DNA of 64,000 nt from a virus. Every line of letters begins with the position of its first letter. Positions within the stretch are counted from its first letter, which is position 1. A program made the translations under genes and the position numbers. Positions 47,120-57,809 of this stretch are shown piece by piece. The notes under the pieces were generated by a model, which saw only the letters and a program-made list of their open reading frames with translations, was not told the origin of the DNA and ran no database searches. The stretch lies in IMG/VR virus record IMGVR_UViG_3300036770_005778, positions 1 to 64,000 of that record. One strand, 5' to 3'.

Positions 47120-47905
47120 TTAATTTTTACTCTTGAATCTGGTTGATTCAAATACAGTGTTCCAATATTCGTCGTCACAATAAATCAAATTATCATTTTT
47201 TATAAATCTATCAAATTCGTCGTCGTTAGACAAACAGACAAAAATTGCTCTTGTCGGTCTAGGTAAATTTTCTTTGGTAATAAAAATATGTTTATAGCCA
47301 GCATCTTTCATCCAACTAGCGTAGCAGGCCGAAGTGGCCCCGGTCCAATTAGATATAGGTCCTAATTCTTTGGTTCTATAGAATTTAGATTGTGCTATAT
47401 ATTGATTAGATTTAACATCGATAAATGATTCAAAAATAGCGATTCCTTTGCATACAGATTTTGTTCTTTCGATGGCTAACAAAGGATGTCTAAGATGATA
47501 TAACAAACCATGGCAAAATATAACATCAAACTGTCCTTTGACCTCGTATATGCTTTCTTTTTTGACAACTACTTTACTGTTTAAATTTTTATGATGAAAA
47601 TCGAAAACTTTTCTACCGCCACGATTTGCATTTAGCCCATTGATCCATTCCCAATCTTTTTCTGCCCCCCAATCGTAGTCTTCTCCTAATTCTACATCAC
47701 TGGCTTCAACGTAATCTGCACCTTGCATTTCAGCCCAGAAAGCCCACCAACCTTCGTCGGTGGCTATGTCTAAGACACGTTTTCCTTTAAAATTAAAGTC
47801 AGTAATTCCTAATAAATTAGTCCATTGAAAAAAATCTTTTTTTCCTTCGTACGTGGTACCGTTAGGATAAATGATTTTCATTCTAAATATATTCGGGACA
47901 CTCAT
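47120..47905 (-). CDS. class I SAM-dependent methyltransferase
   Basis: GKRVLDIATDEGW, FDVIFCHGLLYHLRHP. Confidence 0.8.
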   Translation of the reverse strand: MSVPNIFRMKIIYPNGTTYEGKKDFFQWTNLLGITDFNFKGKRVLDIATDEGWWAFWAEMQGADYVEASDVELGEDYDWGAEKDWEWINGLNANRGGRKVFDFHHKNLNSKVVVKKESIYEVKGQFDVIFCHGLLYHLRHPLLAIERTKSVCKGIAIFESFIDVKSNQYIAQSKFYRTKELGPISNWTGATSACYASWMKDAGYKHIFITKENLPRPTRAIFVCLSNDDEFDRFIKNDNLIYCDDEYWNTVFESTRFKSKN

Positions 47906-48573
47906 TTTAACATTTCTATTAGATAATTTTTCCACACATCGTGATAATCACAATGTCGATAATCCTTAAACCAAGGGCCGCCTTCGGTATAGTGTATGGC
48001 TTTGGGGGACCCATCACCGGGCTCTTTGTACCAATTAACTAACCAATTCCATTTATGGTCGACAGAGCCGATTTCATGATCATCGAGCCACTGAAATCTA
48101 TGAAGATACTGACCTGTTTCTTCGTTAACTGTTTTTAGATCGAGTTTCCGATTTGATGTATGTCCGCAATTCCATAAAATTAATGAACTCCAATTTTTTC
48201 GAGGATAAGGCAGTTGTCGGCAGCCGTCCATCTTGACTCCTTCTTTAGGAGTATAATCATGCTTGGCTACCATAGCAGCATATCGATCGTCTGCGAGATC
48301 AAACAACTCAGAAATATCTGTCGTCCATAGAAAATCACAGTCACAAAATACTGCCCAACCAGTGTAATCTGAAAGGTAAGGAACGAGAAATCTAGTAAAT
48401 GTAAATTCAGTCGAACTGAGATTATCAACTGGGCGTTGATATATTCCGGCATCTCTTAGATCTTTTTGTTTGAGAGGAATAACTTCAGCAGTCGGTTGAT
48501 GTTTTAAAATGCTGTATTCGCAAACTTGGTAAGTTATATCTTCTCTTGTGTCATAACCTACAAAAATTTTCAT
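47902..48573 (-). CDS. glycosyltransferase (GT8-like)
   Basis: STEFTFTRF, DCD, PRKNWSS, HYTEGGPW. Confidence 0.85.
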   Translation of the reverse strand: MKIFVGYDTREDITYQVCEYSILKHQPTAEVIPLKQKDLRDAGIYQRPVDNLSSTEFTFTRFLVPYLSDYTGWAVFCDCDFLWTTDISELFDLADDRYAAMVAKHDYTPKEGVKMDGCRQLPYPRKNWSSLILWNCGHTSNRKLDLKTVNEETGQYLHRFQWLDDHEIGSVDHKWNWLVNWYKEPGDGSPKAIHYTEGGPWFKDYRHCDYHDVWKNYLIEMLK

Positions 48574-49334
48574 TTGCGTTCGATGTCCTCTTCGACACAA
48601 TTTTCTCCGTATTGTATTTCAATAATTTTCAATGGTTGGTCGGTTTCATTGCATAATTGGTGCCATTCTGTGCGATTGATATGTATATGATTAAATTTTT
48701 TAAATTCGCCAAGTAATTCAACATCAGTGCTACGATTGATCGTATAGACTGTTGCTGTACCTTCAGATACGAACCAGTGTTCTGCACGTTCTTTGTGTTT
48801 TTGCATCGACAATTTTTTTCCAGGATCGACAGTTAGTTCTTTTAACTTAACTTCTCGGCCTTGCTCGTGAAGCACACGATAATATCCCCAGGGCCGTTCA
48901 GTTTTAGGTGCTTTCCATTCTTGTAATATCCAAGAACTGGAATTCATTTTGTGTTCACCACCAACACCGAATACAAATTCTAAATTTTTATCGATTAAAT
49001 CCATCTCTGGAATATTAACTTTAGTTCGATCGCCCCCATTAGCGAAAACTATTTTATCATTCGGGAAAATTTGACGAACTTTTTTAATGGCGTCTTTTGC
49101 TGATCCATCCGAATCGTTAAAATTAATAACTCGATCCACATCTTTGATAGCACTTAAAATACTAGCACGTTCTTCCCAGGGCATAAATTCTTGCCCTTTC
49201 TTTCTACGCAACCATTCGTCGGAGTTTGCCCCGACAATTAGAATATCACCTAGTTTACGTGCTTCTTTAATATAATTGATATGACCCGAATGGATGGGAT
49301 CAAAACCACCTGTTGCAATTACAATTATTTTCAT
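48570..49334 (-). CDS. cytidylyl/adenylyltransferase fused to mannose-6-P-isomerase-type cupin
   Basis: GGFDPIHSGH, NSD, GGDR, NSSS; RPWG, LSMQ.H..RAEHW, EIQYG..C.E.DI.R. Confidence 0.85.
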   Translation of the reverse strand: MKIIVIATGGFDPIHSGHINYIKEARKLGDILIVGANSDEWLRRKKGQEFMPWEERASILSAIKDVDRVINFNDSDGSAKDAIKKVRQIFPNDKIVFANGGDRTKVNIPEMDLIDKNLEFVFGVGGEHKMNSSSWILQEWKAPKTERPWGYYRVLHEQGREVKLKELTVDPGKKLSMQKHKERAEHWFVSEGTATVYTINRSTDVELLGEFKKFNHIHINRTEWHQLCNETDQPLKIIEIQYGENCVEEDIERK

Positions 49335-49993
49335 ATAAGATCCTTATGGATATACATCACATCGCTTTCAAAAGTGGTCCTTTCTACATAACCCCAATTA
49401 CTTAAAAGGTCGTCAATCTTTTCTTTCATCCAACCATATGCATCACCAAACCCGTTAATTTCTAATACAATTACTGGTTTAGATCTTTTAATCGTTTCCT
49501 CTGCGCCCAACAATGCAAACCCTTCAAACCCTTCAATATCCAAATGTATTAAAGACGGGCTTAAACCAAAACAATCTATTTTTACCTGAGGTATAACTCC
49601 TTCACCGGCAATTCGTAATCCTCCGAGATTAAAATCGTGATCTTTATGTAGTTCTAAACTAAGGGGAGTGTTGTTGTTACCAATACAAGATCTGAATTTA
49701 AACACATTTTCTTCAGGAACATTATACGAAAGACAATAAAAATTTCTATGATCGGGTTCAAATGTCACTACAGTATCAAATAATTTAGAATACTGTTTTG
49801 GATAATAGCCAGCATTTCCGCCTGCCTGAATAACTAACTTTTTTTCTTTGCAATGTTCTGCAATTTTTTTTGGCAGGTTCCGGAATCTTTCTTTATTTAA
49901 ATGGTGCCAGCACCATGTGTCGTCAATCGGCCATAACCAATCGCTGCCCTCTTTTGGATCTTTTCTAATTTCTAAATTTAAATGTTTAAACAT
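49331..49993 (-). CDS. FkbM family methyltransferase
   Basis: QAGGNAG, FEPD, HLDIEGFE, PVIVLE. Confidence 0.85.
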   Translation of the reverse strand: MFKHLNLEIRKDPKEGSDWLWPIDDTWCWHHLNKERFRNLPKKIAEHCKEKKLVIQAGGNAGYYPKQYSKLFDTVVTFEPDHRNFYCLSYNVPEENVFKFRSCIGNNNTPLSLELHKDHDFNLGGLRIAGEGVIPQVKIDCFGLSPSLIHLDIEGFEGFALLGAEETIKRSKPVIVLEINGFGDAYGWMKEKIDDLLSNWGYVERTTFESDVMYIHKDLI

Positions 49994-50553
49994 GATTTCC
50001 ATTCATCAAATGACATCGGCACAAAATTAATATCGTTTCTTACAAACCAAGTTTCGAATTTTTTATTTTTTCTATCGTCTGGGTACACATCATATATCAC
50101 GGGCTTGTAATTATATTTTGCCAGATATTCTATAGAAATTACATTCCAGTCTTTTTTAGCAGCATAATTATCATGTTCGTAAGTGATACAATCAAATGTA
50201 ATTCCTTGTGACAATACTTGTTGTAAGGCTGAAAATGTGTTTTCTGGAGGCTCAATGTCGCAACTTAAATAACCAAGATGCATTGGAAGATCGTTATCGG
50301 CTACTGCCTTTGCATAATCAAAGGTTAATGCATCCTCCCAATATATTTTATTTGTGCGCTCGGGATGCGCTGCCCAAATAGATTGATAATTAGTATTCAA
50401 TTCAATACTAAAACCCTTCCAGCCCCCCATCTCTAAATTATAGGTATTGCTCCACTTAACAGGCTCATACCCACCAATTTCAATATAGGTCTTATTTTTA
50501 GTTATAAGATTTGATACAAATATATCTTGTAATGCTTGTGAGTTGCTTATCAT
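49978..50553 (-). CDS. FkbM-like methyltransferase
   Basis: SQALQD, YIEIG, SNT, YLSCDIE, TYEHD. Confidence 0.7.
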   Translation of the reverse strand: MISNSQALQDIFVSNLITKNKTYIEIGGYEPVKWSNTYNLEMGGWKGFSIELNTNYQSIWAAHPERTNKIYWEDALTFDYAKAVADNDLPMHLGYLSCDIEPPENTFSALQQVLSQGITFDCITYEHDNYAAKKDWNVISIEYLAKYNYKPVIYDVYPDDRKNKKFETWFVRNDINFVPMSFDEWKSCLNI

Positions 50554-50894
50554 AAAAAGCCTTTGTTTCTTACCACATTCCATGCAATCGCAGTTTTTAA
50601 TCCTGCGGGTTTGGTATCATTAATAATTATCCTTTCTCCGGTTGGCAGGTTGAATAGTGCAAAATTATAACGTAAGCCATTTTTTTGTAAAAGAGCCAGT
50701 GTAGATTTTCGATATTGATCAGAGCGTCCTGTAGTAATCACAATATAATCATGGGCTGGAATTGTACTCCAGAACTCAATAACCCCCGGTAATAATCGAT
50801 CCCCGTCGCGCAGATGTGCGTTATGATCCAGTACAGTCCCATCTAGGTCAATAAACCAAGTGTGTGGTAAATCACTTAACTCAAACGGAATCAT
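50550..50894 (-). CDS. HAD-superfamily phosphatase
   Basis: DLDGT, TTGR, IND. Confidence 0.8.
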   Translation of the reverse strand: MIPFELSDLPHTWFIDLDGTVLDHNAHLRDGDRLLPGVIEFWSTIPAHDYIVITTGRSDQYRKSTLALLQKNGLRYNFALFNLPTGERIIINDTKPAGLKTAIAWNVVRNKGFL

Positions 50895-52408
50895 AATTGT
50901 TGTAATCCCTTTTCAAGATAATAAAGACCGAGGTAAAAACTGCCGATGACACTATCAATGTCATCTTTTGCATATCCGCTTAACGCAAGCCAAATCAATC
51001 CGTGTAATATTTTAATTTTAGCGATGTCTTTACCGAAATGTTCAGTAAAAATTTCCTCAGCGTATATTTCAAATCTCGTTGGCTCTTGTAAAATTTCTAC
51101 AGTCTCTCTGTCAATATATAATTTAAATTTTCTACGATTAAACATGTCGTATCCGCCAACTGCACTGTAATATACCTTAGCAAAGTCGTACATCGGATCT
51201 CCCCATATGCCGGGTTTGCTAAAGTAGCCGCGAGGATCAATGTACCATATTTTTAAATTTTTATCTATAAGACTATTACTAAATGTCGGATCTCCGTGTA
51301 TAGGGGTAAACACTAACGGGTGAATAAATGTTAAAATAGTTTCGAATAAATGTTTATGTTTTTCTGAAAATATATTTTTACATTTTAACCCGTTTACGGT
51401 AATAGATTCTTGATCAAAATTAGGAATTATCTTTGAAACGCTGTTAACACGAGTTAATGTTTTTGTAATGTATGTGTCAATAACATCTTCATTTACTGCT
51501 GGTCTGGTAGATAAGTCATGTAAACCTATAAGTGAATCAATATAGTCAGCAAGTACCGCACGTTTTTCTCGTTCAGTAAGATCTGACATTTGATAAGCAT
51601 GATAGCCGTTGATTCTGGTCATTACATAAGGGTTTATAGAAATTATCTTTGGTATTCTACGAAATCCTAAATCGCTAACACTTTTATACCAGTCTTGTTC
51701 TTTTCCAATTAAATGTAGATAATTAGAATCAATTACACGTTTTTCAACAGTAGATTCGTTAATCTTAACTTCGTTAAAGAATCTACTAAATCCTGCTCGA
51801 TCGTTTTGCGTTTCAATAGTTGAGAAGTCACCTAATTCTTCTAGGTCGTTGCATAGTACCGTATTAAATTGTGTTACATTTTTGCTAAACCACTTCACAA
51901 ATTCCCCGCTTGGCGGAGGTTCTGGAAAATATTCTGCCTGGCTGGCATAAAATATACCAGGAATACCGTTAGGTCCGGGCTGCTCTATCAATACTCCTGC
52001 ATTGTTTTGTGTCCAGCGACAGGTAAAAGCGTTGGTTGTAATAACAGTTGGAAGAGTAGAGTTTAAAATTGTTGGCATGCTCCCAATAATTAAATCACTC
52101 CATGTAATTATAAGTTCAGCATCTTTTGGAATAGTTTTAAGTGCTTCACTAATTCCACTAGCGGTACCCTTCTCATTAGTTTGTGTTAAAGTATATTCGA
52201 CTGCCGGAGTATTTACTTGTAAATAGTTTTCAAGTTGATCATACGCATAGTCACCGATTATGTGAAAATGTGCTGTAGAAAATCGATCAAATAAATGATA
52301 CAATAACGGTTTTCCTCGAACACTTACTAAGCATTTTGGTTTATTCCACGTGTGGTGACGTAAACGACTGCCGCGACCGCCTGCTTGAACAATAATATGT
52401 AAATTCAT
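50891..52408 (-). CDS. NTP-transferase fused to aminoglycoside/choline-kinase-like domain
   Basis: QAGGRGSRL...KPK; HGDPTFSN, IDPRG, YDFAK. Confidence 0.85.
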   Translation of the reverse strand: MNLHIIVQAGGRGSRLRHHTWNKPKCLVSVRGKPLLYHLFDRFSTAHFHIIGDYAYDQLENYLQVNTPAVEYTLTQTNEKGTASGISEALKTIPKDAELIITWSDLIIGSMPTILNSTLPTVITTNAFTCRWTQNNAGVLIEQPGPNGIPGIFYASQAEYFPEPPPSGEFVKWFSKNVTQFNTVLCNDLEELGDFSTIETQNDRAGFSRFFNEVKINESTVEKRVIDSNYLHLIGKEQDWYKSVSDLGFRRIPKIISINPYVMTRINGYHAYQMSDLTEREKRAVLADYIDSLIGLHDLSTRPAVNEDVIDTYITKTLTRVNSVSKIIPNFDQESITVNGLKCKNIFSEKHKHLFETILTFIHPLVFTPIHGDPTFSNSLIDKNLKIWYIDPRGYFSKPGIWGDPMYDFAKVYYSAVGGYDMFNRRKFKLYIDRETVEILQEPTRFEIYAEEIFTEHFGKDIAKIKILHGLIWLALSGYAKDDIDSVIGSFYLGLYYLEKGLQQL

Positions 52409-52449
52409 ATCAATATTTATGTACGCATTTAATTGACTAAATAATTTTC

Positions 52450-53184
52450 ATGAGCACAAATAGTTTAACGATAGTATCTACATTTACTAAAGATCTTTGG
52501 GAAGAATACGGTAACAGATCAATTCCTACGTGGTTTCAATATTTTGATTCGACAGTTAAGTTTCATCTTCATACAGAATTTAAACCTATCATCGATCAAC
52601 GAATAACTTATTTTTTAGATACCAAAGAAAAATTAGATTTCTTAAAAAGAAACACTCGAATTAATCGACAAGGCACTAAAGATATGCACCCAGTAGGAAG
52701 AAAATGGGATACTTATTGTCATAAGGTATACGCCCAATACGAATCTTTCAAAAAATCCGATACTCGTTATCTTTTATTTTTAGATGCAGATGTTGCTGCA
52801 TTAAAATCCTTTAACGGGAACATTGCTGCCGATTTATTAGATAATCATTTTTGCGGGTTTATTGGCAGAGATTCGTTATTAACTGAAACTGGATTTATTT
52901 TATACGACTTACACTATCCGGGATCATCTCAATTCTTTGAAAGTTTTATAGACTTATATAATAAAGATCAATTATTTAATTTAACGTCGTGGTGCGATTG
53001 TGGAGCATTTGATCACATTAGAACTAATTCTCCCTTATTATTTAAAAATCTTTCTGGACAATACAGTCACTTTATTGATCCGATCGCGGTTGGAGAAATA
53101 GGAGAATATTTCGATCATTGGATTAGTAAAAAAAGTAAAAGAAAGGGATTCAGTAAACACAGAAAATTTAGAAACAAAGTATGA
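52450..53184 (+). CDS. GT-A glycosyltransferase-like paralog 3
   Basis: VSTF, HKVYA, FLDAD, ETGF, DH. Confidence 0.7.
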   Translation: MSTNSLTIVSTFTKDLWEEYGNRSIPTWFQYFDSTVKFHLHTEFKPIIDQRITYFLDTKEKLDFLKRNTRINRQGTKDMHPVGRKWDTYCHKVYAQYESFKKSDTRYLLFLDADVAALKSFNGNIAADLLDNHFCGFIGRDSLLTETGFILYDLHYPGSSQFFESFIDLYNKDQLFNLTSWCDCGAFDHIRTNSPLLFKNLSGQYSHFIDPIAVGEIGEYFDHWISKKSKRKGFSKHRKFRNKV

Positions 53185-53906
53185 TAAAGAAAATTTTTTT
53201 AAAATATAATAAAGACCCAAGAGAGAATCCGTCGTCGTTACACTGTTTAAATTTCTGGTTAAGTGTTTTTGCAGACAGAGATATATGCATAATCTGTGAT
53301 ATATTTGATTCAAATTTAGGATTTCCAAAACAATTTAAAAATTATTCATCGTATAAATTTATAAATTCTAATTATTCTTTATCCGAACCAATCGATGATC
53401 TGTTAGAATCAAAAAGATGGAAAAATGTTGCTGCATCAAATTTATCGTGCTATGAAAAAAGTGAGTTTGATCCTTTTTGGTTAATAGATGCTGATGATAC
53501 GTTGTTTATAACATTTGATCTATCTTTAATAAAAGAAAAAATAAAATCGGCTGAAGATTATTTTTTAGAAAATGGTTTAGATGGATTTTCTTTAGATTTT
53601 TATAGAACGTTTAAAAGAGATCACTGGAGTTTCGGTGTTTCGTTGTTGCAAAATAAGCCTGATCTCATTTCTATTCTGTGTTCGACAGATTTAGATTTTT
53701 TTCAAACATTAAAACTGCCATACAATCTTGATGCATTATTTGATTGCAACAGAAGACAAGGAAAATTAAAATTAGAAAGTTTTATTTTTGATAATATGTT
53801 TTTTCAACATCAGTTAGACCAAAAATTTTTGCCATATGGGATTTATAGGTGGGAAAATCAAAAGCTATGGAATATGGAACTAAATCCCGAGGTTAAGATT
53901 TTTTGA
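53181..53906 (+). CDS. putative GT-A glycosyltransferase
   Basis: WLIDADD motif. Confidence 0.5.
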   Translation: MIKKIFLKYNKDPRENPSSLHCLNFWLSVFADRDICIICDIFDSNLGFPKQFKNYSSYKFINSNYSLSEPIDDLLESKRWKNVAASNLSCYEKSEFDPFWLIDADDTLFITFDLSLIKEKIKSAEDYFLENGLDGFSLDFYRTFKRDHWSFGVSLLQNKPDLISILCSTDLDFFQTLKLPYNLDALFDCNRRQGKLKLESFIFDNMFFQHQLDQKFLPYGIYRWENQKLWNMELNPEVKIF

Positions 53907-54854
53907 ATAAAACTCACTAGTTCTAAGCCAGTTATAATAAATTTCAAATCCTTCATCGATATCTACTTTAGGATCGAAACCAAAATCTCTGCGGGCGGCC
54001 GTAATATCTAATGCACCTCGGCTAGGAAAATCTGCATCTTTTTCTCGAACTTCGATACTGCCTTTGCCTACTAATTTAATAGCCAGTTCGGCAGCAGCAA
54101 GTAAAGTCTTACTGTGACTTTTTGTTATATTATAGGTTTTGTTTTTGGTATTTTCGCTTAATAGTGCTTCTACGATTCCATTAGCAGCATCGTCGACATA
54201 GGTAAAATCTAGAGTTTCATTTACACCGTTAACTTTTAACACTCCGCTTCTCATAGCAGTTAAAAGAAATTTACTAATAACTCTATCTTCAACGTCGAGC
54301 GGACCATATACAGCACTGGGGCGAAATATCGTATAGTTAATTCCGCGACGTTGATAATCTTTAATAAGCCACTCACCTGCTAATTTAAGAATACCGTATT
54401 GACCTTGTGGATGGCAAACAGCATCTTCGGTAACATAATCATTGAAATCGCCATATACCATACTACTGCTAGTATATAAAAATCTATTACAGTTATATTT
54501 TACACAGGCTTCTAACAGATTAAGCAAACCTTCGCTCATTACCTTTGCACCGAGAGCAGGATTAGCATTGACTACTTTTTGTCTAGGAAAACTGGCTAGA
54601 TGTATAACAGCATCTGGTCGATACTGCCTGAATAGCCATTCGGCATTTTCTCGGTCACTTATATCTATTCTATGTATTTTTTCTGTTTGAATAAATTTAA
54701 CACGCTCTGAGATAAGATAATCTATTTCCTGTTGAGGAATGATATTGTAATTTGTTTTTGTGTCTGTGATGATTACTTCATGACCGTGTTGTTCTAATTT
54801 TTTAACAACATTATGTCCAATTAATCCCAGGCCACCAGTTACTAAAATATTCAT
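53880..54854 (-). CDS. NAD-dependent epimerase/dehydratase
   Basis: TGGLGLIG, HLA, SSSMVYG, YGILK, VYGP. Confidence 0.9.
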   Translation of the reverse strand: MNILVTGGLGLIGHNVVKKLEQHGHEVIITDTKTNYNIIPQQEIDYLISERVKFIQTEKIHRIDISDRENAEWLFRQYRPDAVIHLASFPRQKVVNANPALGAKVMSEGLLNLLEACVKYNCNRFLYTSSSMVYGDFNDYVTEDAVCHPQGQYGILKLAGEWLIKDYQRRGINYTIFRPSAVYGPLDVEDRVISKFLLTAMRSGVLKVNGVNETLDFTYVDDAANGIVEALLSENTKNKTYNITKSHSKTLLAAAELAIKLVGKGSIEVREKDADFPSRGALDITAARRDFGFDPKVDIDEGFEIYYNWLRTSEFYSKNLNLGI

Positions 54855-55306
54855 AGTGTTGCGTCTTCTAATCCTGCGACTCTTAATTTAACGATGTTAC
54901 TTAGGTGCCATTGTTTCTGATCAAGTGCTTTGATAATACCTAACCATTTATTACGAAGCAAGGCGAAGTCATTGATGATTTTTTCAAAGTCTACAACGTC
55001 TGCTTCACCTTCTACGAACTTTTCACAGTCTCTAGAAGATAAAGCACGTTGATAGTTTTCGAGATACTTACGAAAATGCTGACTACGCAGTCTACGAAGT
55101 TCGATATTGAGGTATTCAAGAATGCCCTCAATTTCTTGGAGTTGATTGAATCGGTTTTCTACGATGCCTGGCATAGCAGCCGATGCTCGTTCGATGTTTC
55201 CCGCTATGCGGGCATCTTTTTTTGCTTCTAGCAGTTCGCTTTCATAGTATGCTACAGCATCTGGAATTTCAGAAATGTCTTTCGAAACTCGCTCATACCA
55301 ATTCAT
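54851..55306 (-). CDS. uvsY: recombination mediator UvsY-like
   Basis: Helical 151 aa next to UvsX; C-terminal WHLSNIVKLRVAG. Confidence 0.7.
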   Translation of the reverse strand: MNWYERVSKDISEIPDAVAYYESELLEAKKDARIAGNIERASAAMPGIVENRFNQLQEIEGILEYLNIELRRLRSQHFRKYLENYQRALSSRDCEKFVEGEADVVDFEKIINDFALLRNKWLGIIKALDQKQWHLSNIVKLRVAGLEDATL

Positions 55307-55543
55307 TTATTCCTCATCTTCGTTATAATCGTCGTATTCTTCTTCGATTTCCTCATCGTCGATGGCGTAGTCGATGGCTTCATCGAGATGAGTGTCAATA
55401 CCTAAAAGACTCTGGAGTGTAGATTCTTTGATTCCATAGTCTAATAATGTGTTAACGAAACCGGAGGCTACATCTGCTCTGGCTTTTTCTGGGATATGTT
55501 CTACTACCAATGTCCAAATGTCTGCAATTAAATCTTCTTTCAT
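55307..55543 (-). CDS. acidic hypothetical protein
   Basis: 78-aa ORF with acidic tail. Confidence 0.65.
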   Translation of the reverse strand: MKEDLIADIWTLVVEHIPEKARADVASGFVNTLLDYGIKESTLQSLLGIDTHLDEAIDYAIDDEEIEEEYDDYNEDEE

Positions 55544-56619
55544 TCCACGCTCTCCAAATTGGTTGTGACATCTTTAATTATCCCGGATTCGATTTTTTCG
55601 CCATGTTTCGAAAACTCATTCATAACGACGTCGAGACAACCATTTTCGTTGCGTTCCCACTCTTTGCGATAAAACTTAAGGATTTCACCATCGCCGGTGG
55701 TGAAAGATAATCTGTTACCATCCTTTACCAACATGCCTTTGGCTTCTGCGAGATCTACTAATCCGCTGTAGGGATTCATACCTGTCTCATAGGGAATCTT
55801 GACCTGCACTGATTCAAAAGGTTTGGCATAACGTGTTTTCATGATCTTACAGGCAGCACGGATGCCTTTGACTTCTGAAATCTTGTTACCATCCTCATCT
55901 TCTTTCAACTTCAACTTCTTCATTGCAACCACGATAGAACTTGCGTAAATGAAGCCTTGTCCACCTGAGATCTTATCGTCAGGATCGAACATGTCCTGTG
56001 ATGCATAAGTGTGATTCGTAGCCACTAATCCAATATTAAGGCTACCAAACATATTAACACAGTTGCGCACCAGAGCCGTAAGTGCTTTTGGCTTACGGCC
56101 CATATCACCTTTAAGGTCTCCTGCTTCAAACTGATTGACATCTGTAGGAGTCAACAACATACCAAGGCTATCGAGAACAAATAGAACTTTAGGTCTTCCG
56201 TCTTCTGGCATGGTTTTGTATTCTGCTACAAATTCTGTGATGGTCTTGGCCACATCATCGATCATGGCCATGTTGAGTTTTAGGAGTTTATCTTCTGAAG
56301 TATCCACTCCTAATGCCTTGAGCCAATCCTCGTCTAATGCATTTTCTGTATCAACTAAGATCGGATAGATGCCCTGCGCCTGTGCGGCTTTGATGAGATT
56401 ACCGGAGCAGATATATGATTTGCCTGCACCACTTTCTCCTGCGAATACAGTGACTTTACCTAGCGGAACTCCTCTATGGAAATCTCCGCTGATCAAATAG
56501 TTTAAGGCATAATTGCCTGTGCTGACCCAATCTGTGGGATCATTAAAACCAATACTCAATCCATCGATAGATTTAGTGATCGATTTTCTAAATTTAGAAA
56601 TATCAAATGCTTTTGCCAT
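55540..56619 (-). CDS. uvsX: RecA-like recombinase UvsX
   Basis: STG, GESGAGKS, DTE, LDS, TNH, SGG. Confidence 0.93.
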   Translation of the reverse strand: MAKAFDISKFRKSITKSIDGLSIGFNDPTDWVSTGNYALNYLISGDFHRGVPLGKVTVFAGESGAGKSYICSGNLIKAAQAQGIYPILVDTENALDEDWLKALGVDTSEDKLLKLNMAMIDDVAKTITEFVAEYKTMPEDGRPKVLFVLDSLGMLLTPTDVNQFEAGDLKGDMGRKPKALTALVRNCVNMFGSLNIGLVATNHTYASQDMFDPDDKISGGQGFIYASSIVVAMKKLKLKEDEDGNKISEVKGIRAACKIMKTRYAKPFESVQVKIPYETGMNPYSGLVDLAEAKGMLVKDGNRLSFTTGDGEILKFYRKEWERNENGCLDVVMNEFSKHGEKIESGIIKDVTTNLESVE

Positions 56620-56637
56620 TATTATTTTCCTGTGATG

Positions 56638-56664
56638 AAAAGAGTGTGGGATTACCCCACACTC
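56638..56664 (-). terminator. hairpin/terminator after gp32
   Basis: GAGTGTGGG..CCCACACTC with T-tract on - strand. Confidence 0.55.
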
Positions 56665-56677
56665 GTTACTTTAGCCG

Positions 56678-57664
56678 TTACTGGCCCTGGCGAGCGCGGA
56701 TCTTGGCAAGGATGTCTTGCGCACGGCTCGCACTTTCGCCGGTGGCCGCTGATGATTCTGCTTTAGGGGCAGGAGCACTTCGAACGGCGGCTGGTTCGTC
56801 ATCACTGTCCTCATCTACAGGAGCAGATGCACGAGATGCTGCTGGCTTGTTAGGATCACCGGTAGCCTGGCCCATGCCTGCGGGTTTGAAATACTGTCCC
56901 CAACGATCCATATCATAGGCTTCGCCGTCAACACTTGCTTCGAACATTTCTTTCATTACTTTAAGTTCGACATCGGTGGGCTTTTTGGGCAAGAAACTAG
57001 ACAGATCAAACAGGCCGTATTGATCGATGGCTGCTTTCTCTTGATCAGTCAATGATCTCTCACGACGGCTCCACTTAGAAGTAGAGTAGTCAGCGAATCC
57101 GCCTTTCGATGTTTTAGCGATGCGGAAATCCACTCCACGGAGGAAATCGGTTGGCAGTTCTTCAAGTTCTGGATCCATCAGTGCAGAGCGGATGATCTGA
57201 TAGATCTGAGGTCCGATGATGAATCTACGGATGGGATTATCCGGAGTAGTATCTTCTTTGAGAGGATCTTCGACTACGAAACCTTGGAAGATGTAGGAAC
57301 GCTTCTTCCAATACTTACGGCCCATCTCTTCAAGATTTTTATCTTTGAACCAGCCACGAACTTCTGAAAGGATCGGACATGTCGTACCATCGTTGTACAT
57401 TTCCACGCAGGGAACTTGAACTTGCACTGCACGGCTATCGGTTTCACCTTTGACACCTGCGAACGGCAGTTTGATCATCGCTCGTTCCACCCAGAAGAAT
57501 GTGTTATTTTGATTGCCATCAGGAAGAAAACGGACTACCGCTTCTTTGCCTTCTTGCATGTTCCAGTGGGGGTAAATTGCGTTGTCTCCACCGCCTGTGG
57601 AGTTGCCGGATGTTTTGCTTTGTGCTTCTTGAAGTTTTGCACGGATTTCTGCTAGAGTTGCCAT
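56678..57664 (-). CDS. single-stranded DNA-binding protein (T4 gp32-like)
   Basis: VRFLP, CP, GVDFRI.KT.KGGFADY..S.W, acidic tail. Confidence 0.88.
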   Translation of the reverse strand: MATLAEIRAKLQEAQSKTSGNSTGGGDNAIYPHWNMQEGKEAVVRFLPDGNQNNTFFWVERAMIKLPFAGVKGETDSRAVQVQVPCVEMYNDGTTCPILSEVRGWFKDKNLEEMGRKYWKKRSYIFQGFVVEDPLKEDTTPDNPIRRFIIGPQIYQIIRSALMDPELEELPTDFLRGVDFRIAKTSKGGFADYSTSKWSRRERSLTDQEKAAIDQYGLFDLSSFLPKKPTDVELKVMKEMFEASVDGEAYDMDRWGQYFKPAGMGQATGDPNKPAASRASAPVDEDSDDEPAAVRSAPAPKAESSAATGESASRAQDILAKIRARQGQ

Positions 57665-57772
57665 TTTAAATTGCCTCCTTGTAAATTTGCCTTAAAATGT
57701 ATGCCTTACGCATAAAACATATTATGCGTGTTTTATTTAGTAAGGTCAAGATCTTTTTAAGAATTTTTAGCC

Positions 57773-57800
57773 AAAAGAAAAGGCTCCGGAGAGCCTTTCT
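57773..57800 (-). terminator. intrinsic terminator
   Basis: AAAGGCTC-CGGA-GAGCCTTT with T-tract on - strand. Confidence 0.7.
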
Positions 57801-57809
57801 TGTTACAGA

